Shown piece after piece: positions 62,440 to 64,000 of a DNA stretch of 64,000 bases (the first letter of the stretch is position 1; every line of letters starts with the position of its first letter). Location of the stretch: NCBI GenBank assembly GCA_028534125.1, contig CM052817.1, forward strand, positions 67,644,001 through 67,708,000, read 5' to 3'. This DNA is from Lama glama (lineage: Eukaryota). A program made the translations under genes and the position numbers. Below the pieces are notes generated by a model, which had not been told where the DNA came from, made no database searches, and saw only the letters and a program-made list of their open reading frames with translations.

Positions 62440-64000
62440 TGTGTAAGACTTTTGGTATCTTTCTCCTGAAATTTCCTTTTTTTTTTTTCATCTTGTTCAA
62501 CATTTTAGTTGTTTCCACTGGAAGAGTCTTTCAGGGCATCAAGTCTGGACAACCATTTTTAATAAGAAAAAGAGGGATTTATCTGTAAGTTTTCTCTTTC
62601 TCAATTGTGAATGCTTTTAAAATTTCAGGGCCTAGTAAGAGATTCTTTTTCCTATTTCTTTGTTTTCTTTACACCTATTTGGATATTGTCCACACCTAAT
62701 GCTTTCAAAGATATTCTTAACTTAGGGAATCCTGGTTTAAAATCAAATGTAAAAGAAACCAACAAAAAAGTTTAAACAATTTTCCAAATTTTTTAAGTTT
62801 TTTTTTCTTTTTCTGATCACTTCACATTGGATAGGAAAGGAATAAACTTCTAAGAGAAGCAGCCCATCCCAAATTTTGCTGTGCCCATCAAGGGGAATAA
62901 CTGTGCCTCTGTTCCACCAGTTGCCCTGAGGGATGATACCGGATGGGCAGAGGAAATCTATGGAAATTATCATATGTGCAGATAAGGCTATGATATTGGA
63001 AAATTAACCCATTCACCCACCTTTCAGAACACCTTATCCCAGATACAAAAGAATGATTTTAACTAATACTCATAAAATCATGTTAAGTATTTAACATGTG
63101 TTTTTCGCTAGATAACATTTACAAGGGGCTTACTATGTAATTTAAAGATAAAGAAACTGAGTCCAAGAAAAGTTAAGTATCCTAAGATCACATAACTTGT
63201 TCTAAAGAAGAAACAAACAGCTCACTATTCAATTCTAAATTAACTGGGAAACAATTCACACACACACACAAATTAATATAGAAATGTAGAAATGTAAAAC
63301 CTAGAATGTCAGAAACAAAAAAATTGGGGGGCAGGGACAAGATTTTTATATCATGAATTTGTTTTCTTCTTCACATCCTTCTAAATGCACCATGTGTCCC
63401 TAGCCTCTCCCCTATTATTATCTGCATAACAAGTTGTGTGCATGTACCACATTAAGAGCCTTAGAAACATTTGACAGCAGGGATTAGGTCCCCTGGTAAC
63501 CTCCCTCTTTTGCAGGCTAACCAGCCCCATTTATTGACCTGCTCTTCACAGTGACCTCTTCCTCCTCCTGGTTACTCTCCCCCAAATTCCTGAGGATATC
63601 TACATCTTTTTCTGAACTCTGTGCTCTGCAGAAGTAAACATATTTAAAATGAAGTTCAATCAAAACTGAGACGGAATGAAAGTCGCCTGCTTCGGTTTTG
63701 GTACTTTCTGTCTTGTTGCTTATCTCCTACTGGAATTATTCCTATCAAGTCCCATTCCATCTTCACTGCTGACACTCTAGGAACAACCTCAAGTCTTGCC
63801 CACAGCTGCTGGGGGCCAACCCACATAGTTCGCGCTTATGCTTATTTATTTCTCCTTTTTACAAGGTGTTAGATAGCTGTGAAGTTCTTTTTAACTCACC
63901 ATCAGAGTGGCCTAGACATGGCAAGGGAAAATCACGTGGAACAAAACTCTATCCAAAATTCACTGAAGAAAATTTAGTAACAGTCGTCAGACACTTAAGT
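62440..64000 (+). pseudogene. Collagen-like relic blocks running off the window end
   Basis: 62520: GRV-FQ-GIK-S-GQP. 62725: GNP-GLK. IK-GNN-CAS-VPP; NS*-GYL; GF-GTF-CLV; LQ-GVR-*L*-SSF. Confidence 0.7.

Larger units (their letters stand above)
1..64000 (+). pseudogene. Fossil giant collagen-like (Gly-X-Y) gene or tandem gene array, interrupted by transposons and extending beyond both window ends
   Basis: Dozens of non-repeat stretches on + translate with a 3-residue register and collagen-typical X-Y pairs (LP, ER, EK, PK, QK, FP, LK). Many stops and frameshifts. I saw no comparable signal on the - strand. Blocks are listed below with approximate limits. Confidence 0.8.

Noticed and set aside
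873..62973. Listed ORFs as functional protein-coding genes
   Set aside because: All are short, match no intact protein I recognise, and are either repeat-derived, chance, or stop-free remnants of the collagen fossil.

Overview
AT-rich mammalian genomic DNA, most likely from a camelid (six copies of a short tRNA-derived SINE resembling camelid vic-1, plus eutherian MIR, L2, L1, MLT1, MER21, Tigger and Charlie repeats). I see no intact protein-coding gene and none of the listed ORFs looks functional. Main observation: from base 1 to base 64000, most non-transposon sequence on the + strand reads as a heavily decayed Gly-X-Y collagen coding sequence (e.g. GLP-GER-EPL-GEK-EPQ-G at 40090, GKN-GKR-GEH near 15135, GDR-GQI-GQE near 20180). 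Non-Gly residues in the Gly slot are often one base from GGN, Y-position Arg codons show CpG decay to stop/Trp/Cys, and transposons interrupt the frame. By eye about 25-30 kb (order 8,000-10,000 codons) is collagen-like, in very long blocks that run off both ends. This suggests a fossil giant non-fibrillar collagen gene, or a tandem array, lost early in mammalian evolution. It rests on manual reading and needs a periodicity test and tblastn/synteny confirmation. Repeat family names are from recall of consensus sequences, not a search.
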